Shown: piece by piece, positions 1-9,788 of the stretch
Numbering within the stretch: the first letter of the stretch is position 1
Layout of the letters: each line of letters starts with the position of its first letter
Assembly: GCA_017470645.1 (NCBI GenBank)
Contig: JAFUYJ010000001.1
Location: 100,190 to 164,189 of the forward strand
DNA: 64,000 bases
Source: Clostridia bacterium
Lineage (GTDB): Bacteria; Bacillota; Clostridia; TANB77; CAG-508
Reading direction: 5' to 3'
The notes under the pieces: generated by a model
The model's input: the letters and a program-made list of their open reading frames with translations, nothing else
The model's database searches: none
What the model was told of the DNA's origin: nothing
Translations under genes and position numbers: made by a program

Positions 1-579
1 ATCTAAGTGATCATTATCTATATTTAAAATTAATTCTGTCTTTGGATAGAATTTTAAGAAACTTTCAACATATTCACAAGCTTCTATTATGAAGTATTCA
101 CTATTTCCTAATCTATAATTTCCATTTATTTGTTTTAAAAAGGCACCAACTTGTATTGTGGGATCAAGTTTTCCTTCTAAAAAGCAACTTGAAATCATTG
201 AAGTTGTTGTTGTTTTACCGTGAGTTCCTGATATGCAAATTGTATCGTTAAAAACTTTTGTAAGTAGCCCTAAAAAATCTCCTCTTTCTATTGTTGGAAT
301 ATATAGTTTTCTAGCTTCTACAAGTTCAGGATCTTCTTGACTTATTGCAGCTGTATACACTACTAAATCTGCTCTTCTCACATTTTCCATATCATGTCCA
401 ATTATAACTGGAATTCCATGAGATATTAAGTCATCTGTATATTCTGATTGCGCAGCATCTGAACCTGTTACGCTGAATCCCCAGTGATTTAAAATTTCGG
501 CTATTCCGCTCATACTAACTCCGCCGATTCCAATCATATGTATTTTTCTATATTTTTCTAATTCTTCTAAATTAGCCAA
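1..579 (-). CDS. murC: UDP-N-acetylmuramate--L-alanine ligase MurC, N-terminal part (continues past the window start)
   Basis: Minus-strand translation from TTG at 579 reads LANLEELEKYRKIHMIGIGGVSMSGIAEILNHWGFSVTGSD...ISGTHGKTTTTSM. This carries the Mur-ligase GIGG Rossmann motif and the GTHGKTT P-loop. The frame stays open to the window edge. Confidence 0.85.
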   Translation of the reverse strand, partial: MANLEELEKYRKIHMIGIGGVSMSGIAEILNHWGFSVTGSDAAQSEYTDDLISHGIPVIIGHDMENVRRADLVVYTAAISQEDPELVEARKLYIPTIERGDFLGLLTKVFNDTICISGTHGKTTTTSMISSCFLEGKLDPTIQVGAFLKQINGNYRLGNSEYFIIEACEYVESFLKFYPKTELILNIDNDHLD

Positions 580-889
580 AATAAACACTCTCCTTTTATG
601 ATAAATATATTCTTTTTCAATACATCTTGTTACATTATATAAAAATATGGTTCATTTTTCAATAGTTTATTCAAAATTTAAAGAGGGAATGGACAAAATT
701 TTGAATTTTTTTTAATTTGTGACGAAGAGAATTATGGATATACATTTTCGAAATACTAATAAAAAAATCAAAATTTTGTAAAAAAAAGAAGGAAAAAAAA
801 TATTTTTGATGAATAATATATTAGTATGTGTAAAATAATATATATACATATGAAAAAACTTAAAAAAACATTGGAAGGCGGTGCTCTAA

Positions 890-1192
890 ATGCAAATTAC
901 AGATGTGCGTTTAAAAAAAGTAAATTCAGGAAGCAGAATGAAAGCAGTTGCTTCAGTTACATTTGATAATGAATTCGTAGTTCATGAAATCAAAGTTATC
1001 GAAAGTCAAAAAGGATTATTCATTGCTATGCCTAGCAAAAAAAGATTAAATGGTGAACACAAAGATATAGCTCACCCAATCAATCCAGAGACAAGAGAAA
1101 AAATAGAGAAAGCTATTTTTGAAGCTTATGAAAATGCTCCAGAACCAGAAGAAACAGCAGCAGCTGTTGATACTGACGAAGTAGCTGAATAA
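890..1192 (+). CDS. spoVG: Septation/sporulation regulator SpoVG
   Basis: [11 protein letters not shown]...[20 protein letters not shown]...[10 protein letters not shown]...[16 protein letters not shown] is the typical SpoVG sequence. An RBS (ggaagg) lies upstream. Confidence 0.95.
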   Translation: MQITDVRLKKVNSGSRMKAVASVTFDNEFVVHEIKVIESQKGLFIAMPSKKRLNGEHKDIAHPINPETREKIEKAIFEAYENAPEPEETAAAVDTDEVAE

Positions 1193-1261
1193 TAAATAAA
1201 GAACACTTTTAAAGTGTTCTTTTTTGTATGGTTTTAAATTAATATAGTATATCAAATTATG

Positions 1262-1295
1262 AAAAAAAGCCCCCCTGATAAATCAGAGGGGATAA
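1262..1295. terminator. Bidirectional intrinsic terminator between spoVG and the small minus-strand ORF
   Basis: A GC-rich imperfect hairpin (cccctgat..atcagagggg) is flanked by an A-run on one side and a T-run on the complement. Confidence 0.6.
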
Positions 1296-1301
1296 AGGAT
1301 T

Positions 1302-1511
1302 TTACACTCCAGCAACTGCGCCTACAAGCAGATGCTTAACGGCTGATAAATCAGCCTTACCCTTAGAACAGGCTAAAGTTGCATACACAACTCCGTTCTG
1401 TTCACAGCGGCTTGCAATTTTGACTTTTGCAAGTACTGCCTTCTCATCTTTCTTTCTGAAAGCAAAAAGGGTCTTGGGTGAGTGGTGATTGTTTGACATT
1501 TCCATGTGCAT
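1302..1511 (-). CDS. Hypothetical 69-aa protein, G+C-richer orphan cassette (a)
   Basis: The ORF MHMEMSNNHHSPKTLFAFRKKDEKAVLAKVKIASRCEQNGVVYATLACSKGKADLSAVKHLLVGAVAGV starts 7 nt after an AAAGGAGG RBS. It has its own consensus promoter and terminator. I recognise no family. Confidence 0.55.
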   Translation of the reverse strand: MHMEMSNNHHSPKTLFAFRKKDEKAVLAKVKIASRCEQNGVVYATLACSKGKADLSAVKHLLVGAVAGV

Positions 1512-1548
1512 GGGAATGCCTCCTTTCTTAAATTTATTGTAGATATAC

Positions 1549-1577
1549 ATAATACCATATTTTTTTACTTTTGTCAA
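1549..1577 (-). promoter_or_regulatory. Sigma-A-type promoter of cassette (a)
   Basis: The minus strand reads TTGACA, a 17-nt spacer, then TGgTATTAT (extended -10). Confidence 0.5.
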
Positions 1578-1607
1578 CTTTTATTGAAAAAAATATTGTT
1601 TTTTTCA

Positions 1608-1637
1608 TTGACAAAATACAACAAAATTTGATAAAAT
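1608..1637 (+). promoter_or_regulatory. Candidate promoter of the ABC exporter operon
   Basis: TTGACA at 1608-1613 and TGaTAAAAT ending at 1637 (18-nt spacer). It is divergent from the cassette (a) promoter. Confidence 0.4.
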
Positions 1638-1683
1638 ATTTATCACTGTGGAGCGATAAGCGATATTTATTAATCATCTAGTG

Positions 1684-1715
1684 CCGAATATGTCTTTAAC
1701 ATATTTGGTGTTTTT
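1684..1715 (+). terminator. Leader hairpin plus U-run (candidate attenuator) upstream of the ABC exporter genes
   Basis: ccgaatatgt-cttta-acatatttgg forms a 10-bp stem followed by tgttttt. It lies about 180 nt before the first ABC gene, inside the predicted 5' leader. Confidence 0.4.
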
Positions 1716-1894
1716 GCGTCTTTATCTATAAAATGAAACCCGATTTTATAGATATATAAATTTATTCAAAAATTTTAACGAAGTTAGGAGGTAATTATCA
1801 AAAAAGTTTAAATCAAAATAACCCATCAAAATATTCCAGAAAGGAGGATTCAGAAAAAATATAAATATTAATTAAATAATAGGAGGATAGGATT

Positions 1895-3637
1895 TTGAAA
1901 GAAATACTTAAAGAATTACTAAAAAAACATTCAATATTAATAGTAATAGAAATGATATTGATAAGCATTAATGTTTATTTGTTAACAGTTCCTTCGAAAT
2001 TTCTAGGGCAAATAGTCGACTTGCTTTATAATATAGATTTAAACAAGCAGATAATTTTAAAAACAGTGGTTTATCTTATATCAACATGTGTTTTACTATT
2101 AATTTCAAGGGTAACTTGGAAAATGATTGATGCTAAAATTTCAAGGAACATGGTAAAAAAGTTTAGAGATACTATATTTGAAAAACTATTGAAAATTGAT
2201 GTAGCAACACTAGAGAAAATCAAAAATGGAGATATAATGTCATATTTTGTGAAAGATATAGCTGAAATAAGAAAGTTTATTTCGAATGTAATCACGTTAA
2301 CAATTAGATTTGTATTAAATTTTGTTATTGTGTCAATGGCTATGACGCAATCAACAAATACACAAATGACATTAATTGCAATTTGTCCAATAGTGATTAG
2401 TATAATCTTGATATTTATGATGATTAAGAAAATTGAAAAGAACTATAACGAGTCAAGAATGAAGTTTACGAATTTATCAGGGTTTGTTCAAGAAAGTACA
2501 GATAGCATAAGAACAACAAAAGCTTATGTTGGAGAACAGAAACAATGCGAAGAATTTATTCAAAAAAATACCAGCTTGAAAGATACGAATTTTGAGGTTA
2601 TTAAAAACGAAACAATGTTAAGCATATATATGAATTTAGGAATTGGCATTGGACTTGGGTTATCTGTTTTATTTGGAAGTCAAATGGTGCTAAATAATGT
2701 AATTACTATTGGTGATTTTGTAGCGTTTAACGGATATATGCTAATATTACAGGAACCGATAAGATGGATTCCATGGATGGTTAAGCATTTTAAGAGATAC
2801 CAAGTTGCATATAAAAGATTAGATGATTTCCTAAAAATGAAAGAGGAAAAAATTGAGATTTATGATTATAAATCAAAAGCTTTAAATGGAGATATACAGA
2901 TAAAAAATCTTTCATATAGATATCCTGATGGAAAAGAAGATGTTTTAAAGAATATTAATGTTAATATTAAACAAGGAAAGTCACTTGGGATAATTGGTGT
3001 TATTGGGAGTGGAAAGACCACACTAATGAATTTATTGCTTAAGTTGTATAAAGTTCCTAAAAATACCATTTATATTGGAGGAGAAGATATTAATAACATA
3101 GAGACAGATACAATAAGGCACAACATATGTTATATAACACAAGATAATTTCTTATTTTCATCTTCTTTAAAAGAAAATATTAATTTGTTTAGGGACATAT
3201 ATGACGAAGAAGATATTATAAATAGTACAAAATCTTCTATGATATATGATGAAATAATAAATATGTCGGATGGGATTAATACTATAATTGGAGAAAAAGG
3301 AATTGACTTATCTGGAGGACAGAAGCAAAGGGTAGTTATTTCAAGGGCGTTTTTAAATAAAAGTAATATTGTTATTTTTGATGATACTTTTTCTGCTTTA
3401 GATAATAAAACTGAAGAAGCATTGCTAAACAATATAAGAAATCTAACAGAGAATAAAACATGCATTATTATTTCAAATAGAATTTCAGATATTAAGCATT
3501 GTGATGAAATAATTGTGTTGGATCACGGTAGAATTGTTGAAAGAGGAATACATCGTGATTTGTTGGCACAAAAAGATAAATATTATGAGTTTTATAAAAA
3601 TCAAGCGGAAAAAAGTAAGGTTGAAATTTTAAATTAA
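1895..3637 (+). CDS. ABC transporter permease/ATP-binding protein (exporter half-transporter 1 of 2)
   Basis: 580 aa with an N-terminal six-TM-type domain. The C-terminal NBD has Walker A GVIGSGKTT, signature LSGGQKQR and Walker B IVIFDD. TTG start after a GGAGG RBS. Confidence 0.9.
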   Translation: MKEILKELLKKHSILIVIEMILISINVYLLTVPSKFLGQIVDLLYNIDLNKQIILKTVVYLISTCVLLLISRVTWKMIDAKISRNMVKKFRDTIFEKLLKIDVATLEKIKNGDIMSYFVKDIAEIRKFISNVITLTIRFVLNFVIVSMAMTQSTNTQMTLIAICPIVISIILIFMMIKKIEKNYNESRMKFTNLSGFVQESTDSIRTTKAYVGEQKQCEEFIQKNTSLKDTNFEVIKNETMLSIYMNLGIGIGLGLSVLFGSQMVLNNVITIGDFVAFNGYMLILQEPIRWIPWMVKHFKRYQVAYKRLDDFLKMKEEKIEIYDYKSKALNGDIQIKNLSYRYPDGKEDVLKNINVNIKQGKSLGIIGVIGSGKTTLMNLLLKLYKVPKNTIYIGGEDINNIETDTIRHNICYITQDNFLFSSSLKENINLFRDIYDEEDIINSTKSSMIYDEIINMSDGINTIIGEKGIDLSGGQKQRVVISRAFLNKSNIVIFDDTFSALDNKTEEALLNNIRNLTENKTCIIISNRISDIKHCDEIIVLDHGRIVERGIHRDLLAQKDKYYEFYKNQAEKSKVEILN

Positions 3638-3686
3638 AGTAGACAAAACTTATAGTAATTTCAATAAAAGGAGGTAACAATACGAA

Positions 3687-5429
3687 ATGAAAAATAAAAC
3701 ATTTGAGAGAATTAAAAAAATGGTTAAACCATATAGAAAAACAGTTATTTTTGTTACTATTTTAGCTATTATAATAGATATTCTTGCCTTAATCAAACCC
3801 TATATAGTAAAGATACTAATAGATGATTTTTTGAAAGATGGTGTTTATAAAAATGAATTTTGGAACGTATCATTTATTGGGTATTTGTATATAGCAATTG
3901 TTCTATTAGAAAACTTTCTGGATTATTTTAACAGTACCAGAACAAATAGAATAGGGGAAAGTGTTGTTTTTGATTTAAGAAATAAAATGTATGAATATGT
4001 AGAAAAGGCTAATATTAGATTCCACGACAAAATTCCATCAGGTACGTTGTTTGTAAGAATTATTAGTGATATTGAAGATGTATATGCGTTATTTTCCGAT
4101 GTGATTACAACTTTTATTAAAGATATATTTATAATAGTTGGTTTGTTATGTGTAATGATTTATATTAGTTACAAACTTTCACTAGTGAGTTTGATAATTA
4201 TTCCTTTAATTATAATTGCATCTTTAATCTTAACAAAACTATTAAACAAGACTTATTCGGCTGTTAAAAATGTTAGAACAAAAATGAATATTTTCTTTTC
4301 TGAATCAATTTATGGGATAAAGCTAATAAAAATTTTTAATAGACAAAAAGAAAAACAAGACGAATGTGAGAGTATCACAAGAGAGTTTAGAGATACAATT
4401 AAACCTATTGGATTATATCAAGGTTTATTACCAGCTGTTATGACTCTAATTGAAAATCTGGGTATTGCAATTGTAATATGCGCGGTTGTAAACAAATGGA
4501 TAGGTGAGACATTAGATGTCGGAGTAATTTACATGTTTATTACATACTTAAAAAATATATTTGATCCGATAAATCGTATTATAGATAATGTTGAAGTTGT
4601 GGAAGAAGCGGTTACTTCAATAGATAAAGTTTACGATATTTTTGATAAGGAGGAATATGTAGAAGATTTTGAATCAGGAAAAAGAATAGATAAAATAACG
4701 GGAAAGATTGAATTTAAAAATGTATGGTTTGCATACGAAGAAGATAATTGGATCTTGAAAAATGTGAGTTTTACAATTGAACCAGGGCAAAGCATTGCAT
4801 TAGTAGGAAAGACAGGTTCTGGTAAGACAACAATTACAAATTTGATAAACAAGTTTTACACAGCTCAAAAAGGTGAGATACTAATAGATGGTATAAATAT
4901 AAATGATATTAATTTGGGAGATTTACGAAGAAATATTGGTACAATTCTTCAAGATCCATTCATATACGCTAAGTCTATAAAAGATAACGTTAAGATGTTT
5001 AATAATATAGATGACGATAAAATAGAAGAGGCAATCAGGCTAGCATCTGCTAACGAATTTGTTGAAAATCAAGAAAATGGAATTGATGAAGTAGCAAGAG
5101 AACGTGGAAATTCATTCTCAGCAGGAGAAAAGCAGTTATTAGCATTTGCAAGAATTTTTGCTTTAAACCCATCTGTTTTTATATTGGATGAGGCTACTGC
5201 AAATATTGATACAACAACGGAACAACTTATTCAAGAATCTGTTGATAAACTATCAGCAGAAAAAACATCAATTTTTATTGCACATAGATTAGCGACTATA
5301 GTTAATGTTGATAAAATTATAGTTTTGAATAATGGAGAAATTGTAGAACAGGGAAATCATGAGGAGTTGGTTAAAACTGGAGGATATTACAGTAAGCTAT
5401 ATAATTCTTATTATAATAGTTTAGTGTAA
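3687..5429 (+). CDS. ABC transporter permease/ATP-binding protein (exporter half-transporter 2 of 2)
   Basis: 580 aa with a TMD followed by an NBD carrying GKTGSGKTT, a degenerate signature FSAGEKQ and Walker B VFILDE. The pairing resembles heterodimeric exporters of the BmrCD/YheIH type. Confidence 0.9.
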   Translation: MKNKTFERIKKMVKPYRKTVIFVTILAIIIDILALIKPYIVKILIDDFLKDGVYKNEFWNVSFIGYLYIAIVLLENFLDYFNSTRTNRIGESVVFDLRNKMYEYVEKANIRFHDKIPSGTLFVRIISDIEDVYALFSDVITTFIKDIFIIVGLLCVMIYISYKLSLVSLIIIPLIIIASLILTKLLNKTYSAVKNVRTKMNIFFSESIYGIKLIKIFNRQKEKQDECESITREFRDTIKPIGLYQGLLPAVMTLIENLGIAIVICAVVNKWIGETLDVGVIYMFITYLKNIFDPINRIIDNVEVVEEAVTSIDKVYDIFDKEEYVEDFESGKRIDKITGKIEFKNVWFAYEEDNWILKNVSFTIEPGQSIALVGKTGSGKTTITNLINKFYTAQKGEILIDGININDINLGDLRRNIGTILQDPFIYAKSIKDNVKMFNNIDDDKIEEAIRLASANEFVENQENGIDEVARERGNSFSAGEKQLLAFARIFALNPSVFILDEATANIDTTTEQLIQESVDKLSAEKTSIFIAHRLATIVNVDKIIVLNNGEIVEQGNHEELVKTGGYYSKLYNSYYNSLV

Positions 5430-5454
5430 TACAATTAATATTTTATTAAATTGC

Positions 5455-5494
5455 AAAAAAGACAGCAGATGTATTCACATCTGCTGTCTTTTTT
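5455..5494. terminator. Bidirectional intrinsic terminator
   Basis: aaaaaa-gacagcagatgt-attc-acatctgctgtc-tttttt is a perfect 12-bp stem with A/T runs on both sides. Confidence 0.85.
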
Positions 5495-5699
5495 AGTCTT
5501 CGAAATCTACCGTCTGACATTTGGTTTGTGAGCAGCATATGCCGCAGTTTGGACAAACCAGAATGTTAGTTCCAAGAGTTACGATAGTCTCGAAGTCCAT
5601 AGTCCCGTACAATTCTTTTACGGATCCATCAGGCTCAATGGTTATTCTCCGAGTGTATTGACAATTCGGGCATTTTGTTGTGACTGTGGATTTTTTCAT
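5493..5699 (-). CDS. Hypothetical 68-aa Cys-rich (zinc-ribbon-like) protein, G+C-richer orphan cassette (b)
   Basis: MKKSTVTTKCPNCQYTRRITIEPDG...VCPNCGICCSQTKCQTVDFED carries two CPNC pairs. It has an AAGGAGG RBS and its own promoter and terminator. Arg17 is an in-frame CGG. Confidence 0.6.
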   Translation of the reverse strand: MKKSTVTTKCPNCQYTRRITIEPDGSVKELYGTMDFETIVTLGTNILVCPNCGICCSQTKCQTVDFED

Positions 5700-5740
5700 A
5701 ATTGTCCTCCTTTAGGATAATGGTTTATGACGTAATTGAA

Positions 5741-5769
5741 ATTATAACACAATATCTGTATTATGTCAA
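5741..5769 (-). promoter_or_regulatory. Sigma-A-type promoter of cassette (b)
   Basis: The minus strand reads TTGACATAAT..., with a 17-nt spacer to TGtTATAAT. Confidence 0.5.
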
Positions 5770-5957
5770 ATACGTCTGTAATAATGATGTATAATATTAT
5801 ATATTTAATTATATTTTCGAAATTAAAAAATATGCATAATTAAATAAAAAATACAATATTCTCCAAAGGACTTGAAAAAAAATACTTTTAATGATTAAAT
5901 AAGACGTGAGAAAAAGCATTATTTAAGTTTTTAGAAGAATAAAGGAGAGATGCCAAG

Positions 5958-7790
5958 ATGTGTGGTTTCTGTGGATTTACAGGAAAAGTAGAAAATAGAG
6001 AACAAGTAATAGAAAATATGATGGAAAAAATTATATATAGAGGACCTGATAGTAAGGGAACTCATATAGATGATGATATATGTTTAGGGTTTAGAAGATT
6101 GTCAATTATAGACTTAGCAGACGGAACTCAACCCATATATAATGAAGATGGAACCAAGGTAATTGTATTTAACGGTGAAATATATAATTATCAAGGAATC
6201 CGCGAAGATTTGATTAGTAAAGGCCACAAATTCAAAACAAAAACTGATACTGAAGTTATTTTACATGGATATGAAGAATATGGTCCAGAGGTTTTAAATA
6301 AATTTCGTGGAATGTTTGGAATTGCAATATGGGATTTAGTTTCTAAAGAATTATTTATAGCAAGAGATTTCTTTGGAATTAAACCAATGTATTATACACA
6401 AGTTGGGAATGATTTAATATTTGGTTCAGAGATTAAGTGTATTTTAACACATCCAAATGTAAAAAAAGAGCTTAACGAATCAGCATTACAAAATTATTTA
6501 TCATTCCAATATGGTGTACCAAATGAAACTTTCTTCAAAAACATTTATTGTTTACAACCAGGTCACTATTTAAAATTCAAAGATGGAAAATTAGAAATTA
6601 CAAGATATTGGACACCTGAATTTAAAGTAAATGATTCATGGGAAGAAGAAGGATTAGTTGAAGAAATAGATAAAGTATTTAAAGAATCAGTTGAAGCACA
6701 TAAAATAAGTGATGTTGAAGTAGGATGCTTTTTATCAAGTGGTGTAGATTCAAGTTATGTTGCAACACAATTCAAAGGGCAAAAGAGTTTTACTGTTGGA
6801 TTTAATTATAATAAATATAATGAAATTGATTATGCAAAAGAATTGGCAGAAGAAATAGGACAAGACCATTACTTTAAACGAATTGAAGATGACGAGTTTT
6901 GGGAGATTGTTCCACAAGTTCAATATTATATGGATCAACCACATGCTGATCCATCATGCGTTGCTTTATACTATGTATGTAAGATTGCAAGTGAGCATGT
7001 AAAAGTTGTTTTATCTGGTGAAGGTGCAGACGAATTATTTGGAGGATATAGAATTTACCATGAACCATTTAGCTTAAGATATAGCAAATTCTTACCTCGC
7101 TTTGTATGGAAAGGAATCGCGGGTGTATTAAATGCGATACCTGTTGAATTTCCTGGAAAAAGTTATGCTAACAGAGCAAGTAAAACTTTGGAACAAAGAT
7201 TTATTGGAAATGCAAATTTATTCTCTGATAAAGAGAAGCGTAAAATATTAAGAAATACTGAAGGAATGAAAAAGCCAGAAGAAATCACAAAACCTTTTTA
7301 TGATGATACAAAAGGAATGGATGATGTTACAAGAATGCAATATATAGACATTAATTTGTGGATGATAGGAGATATCCTATTAAAAGCAGATAGAATGAGT
7401 ATGGCAAATTCACTAGAGCTTCGTGTTCCATTCTTGGACAAAGAGGTTTGGAACTTAGCAAGAACTATTCCTACAAAATATAAAGTTACAAAAGATGGTA
7501 AAACAAAAGTTGCAATGAGAAAAGCAGCGTTGAAAAATATGCCTGAAAAAGTTGCGTCAAGAAAGAAATTAGGATTCCCAGTTCCTACAAGAGAATGGCT
7601 AAAACAAGAGAAGTACTACAATATTGTTAAAAAGGAATTCGAGTCTGAAACAGCTAAAAAGTATTTTGTTACTGAAGAGATTGTTAAATTACTTGATGAG
7701 CATATTCAATTAAAGAAGGATAATAGTAGAAAAATTTGGACTATTTATGTGTTCTTGATTTGGTATAAGCAGTTTTTTGGGGAGAATTAA
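5958..7790 (+). CDS. asnB: Asparagine synthase (glutamine-hydrolysing), paralog 1
   Basis: N-terminal MCGF (Cys2 nucleophile) and RLSIIDL in the GATase II domain, SGGVDSS PP-loop, full 610 aa. Confidence 0.9.
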   Translation: MCGFCGFTGKVENREQVIENMMEKIIYRGPDSKGTHIDDDICLGFRRLSIIDLADGTQPIYNEDGTKVIVFNGEIYNYQGIREDLISKGHKFKTKTDTEVILHGYEEYGPEVLNKFRGMFGIAIWDLVSKELFIARDFFGIKPMYYTQVGNDLIFGSEIKCILTHPNVKKELNESALQNYLSFQYGVPNETFFKNIYCLQPGHYLKFKDGKLEITRYWTPEFKVNDSWEEEGLVEEIDKVFKESVEAHKISDVEVGCFLSSGVDSSYVATQFKGQKSFTVGFNYNKYNEIDYAKELAEEIGQDHYFKRIEDDEFWEIVPQVQYYMDQPHADPSCVALYYVCKIASEHVKVVLSGEGADELFGGYRIYHEPFSLRYSKFLPRFVWKGIAGVLNAIPVEFPGKSYANRASKTLEQRFIGNANLFSDKEKRKILRNTEGMKKPEEITKPFYDDTKGMDDVTRMQYIDINLWMIGDILLKADRMSMANSLELRVPFLDKEVWNLARTIPTKYKVTKDGKTKVAMRKAALKNMPEKVASRKKLGFPVPTREWLKQEKYYNIVKKEFESETAKKYFVTEEIVKLLDEHIQLKKDNSRKIWTIYVFLIWYKQFFGEN

Positions 7791-7804
7791 ATAAATAATA
7801 ATTT

Positions 7805-7832
7805 TGGCACAGTTGATGAGTTAGCTGTGCCA
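7805..7832. terminator. Bidirectional terminator between convergent asnB and the deacetylase gene
   Basis: Hairpin tggcacag-ttgatgagttag-ctgtgcca. Confidence 0.65.
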
Positions 7833-7842
7833 TGAGTATTAT

Positions 7843-8743
7843 TTATTTGATTTTGGTAATAAATGCATTTAATGAAATTCCTTTGCTCATGCGAACTCGT
7901 GGTAATTGATAAGGATCCATTCCAGGTGTTACGTATCCACCTTCTACAGTAAATGCCATAGTGTAATTGCAATCTTTTAAAATCTGTTTTGCTCTGTCGT
8001 TGTAGTGTCCAAATGGATAGCAGAATATTTTACAATTTTCGCCAAGAATACTTCGACTTGCTTTTAAATCTTCGCATGCTGAATTGTAGTCTATTGTTAA
8101 GATTGCACCTTTCCCATCAGCTCCACCTTTGTGCATATCGTTTGAGTGAGATTGATAGTCTATAACTGGTGAAGGATATTTTTCAGGTCTATCTGGGTAC
8201 CATGATGTAATTACAAATGAGGTAGCATAAAAGTTGTATTTTTCTAGTACTGGAACGGCTAATTTAAAGAAAGATTCGTCTCCGTCATCTACAGTTATAA
8301 TTATGCTCTTTTCAGGTAAACCAATTTTTCCATTTACAAAGTCTGCAAGTTCGTCCCAAGATGGTACATAGTAATTATTTTCAGCTAGATATTTTATTTG
8401 CTCTTCAAAATCATGAATTTCCATATAGTTGTTGTCTGGAGCTGTTTCACCAGCTTGTTCGTCATAAAAAAAGTGGTACATTAAAACTGGAATATTTCTT
8501 TCAGTAGTTATTTCTGAGCAAGCTTTTCTTTGTTGATTTGTTTTTTCTACTTCGGATAACTCAGGTTCTTTTGCTTCATTAGAGTTTGAAGATGTTTGTA
8601 CTCCGGGTATCTGTTGGTTGATTTTGAGTATTAGTTTTGCTGTTTTTTTGTAGAAGTTTTGCCATTACGAAAACTACAGCAATTATCAATATTAAGAATA
8701 ATAATGGTCTAAGATTTAAATGATTTTTTTTCTTCTTTTTCAT
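7843..8743 (-). CDS. Membrane-anchored polysaccharide deacetylase (NodB family), reading frame broken once (+1)
   Basis: The 3' ORF carries IPVLMYH and TVDDGDESFF (NodB motif 1) but has no plausible start of its own. The 5' ORF from ATG 8743 encodes MKKKKKNHLNLRPLLFLILIIAVVFVMAKLL, a signal anchor. The two join by a +1 shift, with the in-frame CGG at 8605-8603 followed by GGA in the downstream frame. An A7 run at 8644-8650 is also inside the permissive window. Confidence 0.7.
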
Positions 8744-8984
8744 TGCTTTCTCAATCCTTTCATATAAAATAAAACTAAGGTAATTTATATAAATTATAAT
8801 AAAGACACCTTGAGCTATTTTGACGATTTATTTTTGTTTTCTACATTTTACTATACAATATATAGAAATCAAAAACAAGCGAACAAGCGAAAATAATTGT
8901 TAATTTTTGGTGACTTTGTTGCAAAATTCTCACACTTAAATTATAATACCATTGTGAAACATAAAAAGTGAAAAGAGTGAGTTA

Positions 8985-9788
8985 ATGAGCAAGGTAATTG
9001 TTTTTGATTTAGACGAGACATTAAGAAGTGTAGAAACTACGTTTATGAATGATAATGCAAGAGTAGTTTTAAGACCAAAGATAACCGATTTATTAGACAA
9101 AATAATAGATATAAAAAAGGCAGGAGTAGATAGTGTAATATATACATCAGCAACATCAAGAAGTGTTAATGAACACTTTTTAGATAAATTACCAAAAAAA
9201 TACAGAAACATTTTTTCACAGATTATTTCAAGAGGAAACTTTTTAGAACCAGAGCTAAATACAAGAGAAAATTATTTATATAGAGCTGGTGAAAATAAAA
9301 ATGTTACAGTATTAGATTATGATGAAATATTGTTTTTTGAGGATAGTCAAACAGAATATAAGTTTTTACTAGAATTGTTTGATAAAGAATTAGATATACC
9401 ATATCCTGTTCCAGAAAAAAGTGTTACTTTTGTATGTATGCCGTTTTATCCAAGGATGCAGTGTGATATGTACGCTTTGAAGGAACTTGCAAAAGAAAGT
9501 GATGTATTAAGTAAAACAATAAATGATTATTTTACGTTGATGGTTAATGAACCAGGATGTAAGATTATGACAGATATAATAGATGATTTTATATCAAAAG
9601 ATAATGAGAAAGGCTTGAAAAATATAGATATAGAAGAATTTAATAAATATGAAGCTGAGTTAAGAGCTAAAAATATTGGAATTAGAAAAGTCCTAAGTAA
9701 AGATGAAAAGTTAAGAAATAGATACTTTGATTTGAAAGAAGAGTGTTATGCAAAGGATAGAAATAAAGATTGTAAGGAGTTGTTATAA
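8985..9788 (+). CDS. HAD-superfamily (DxDxT) hydrolase-like protein
   Basis: N-terminal VFDLDETL motif. Its stop overlaps the start of the next asnB (TAAATG). Confidence 0.45.
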   Translation: MSKVIVFDLDETLRSVETTFMNDNARVVLRPKITDLLDKIIDIKKAGVDSVIYTSATSRSVNEHFLDKLPKKYRNIFSQIISRGNFLEPELNTRENYLYRAGENKNVTVLDYDEILFFEDSQTEYKFLLELFDKELDIPYPVPEKSVTFVCMPFYPRMQCDMYALKELAKESDVLSKTINDYFTLMVNEPGCKIMTDIIDDFISKDNEKGLKNIDIEEFNKYEAELRAKNIGIRKVLSKDEKLRNRYFDLKEECYAKDRNKDCKELL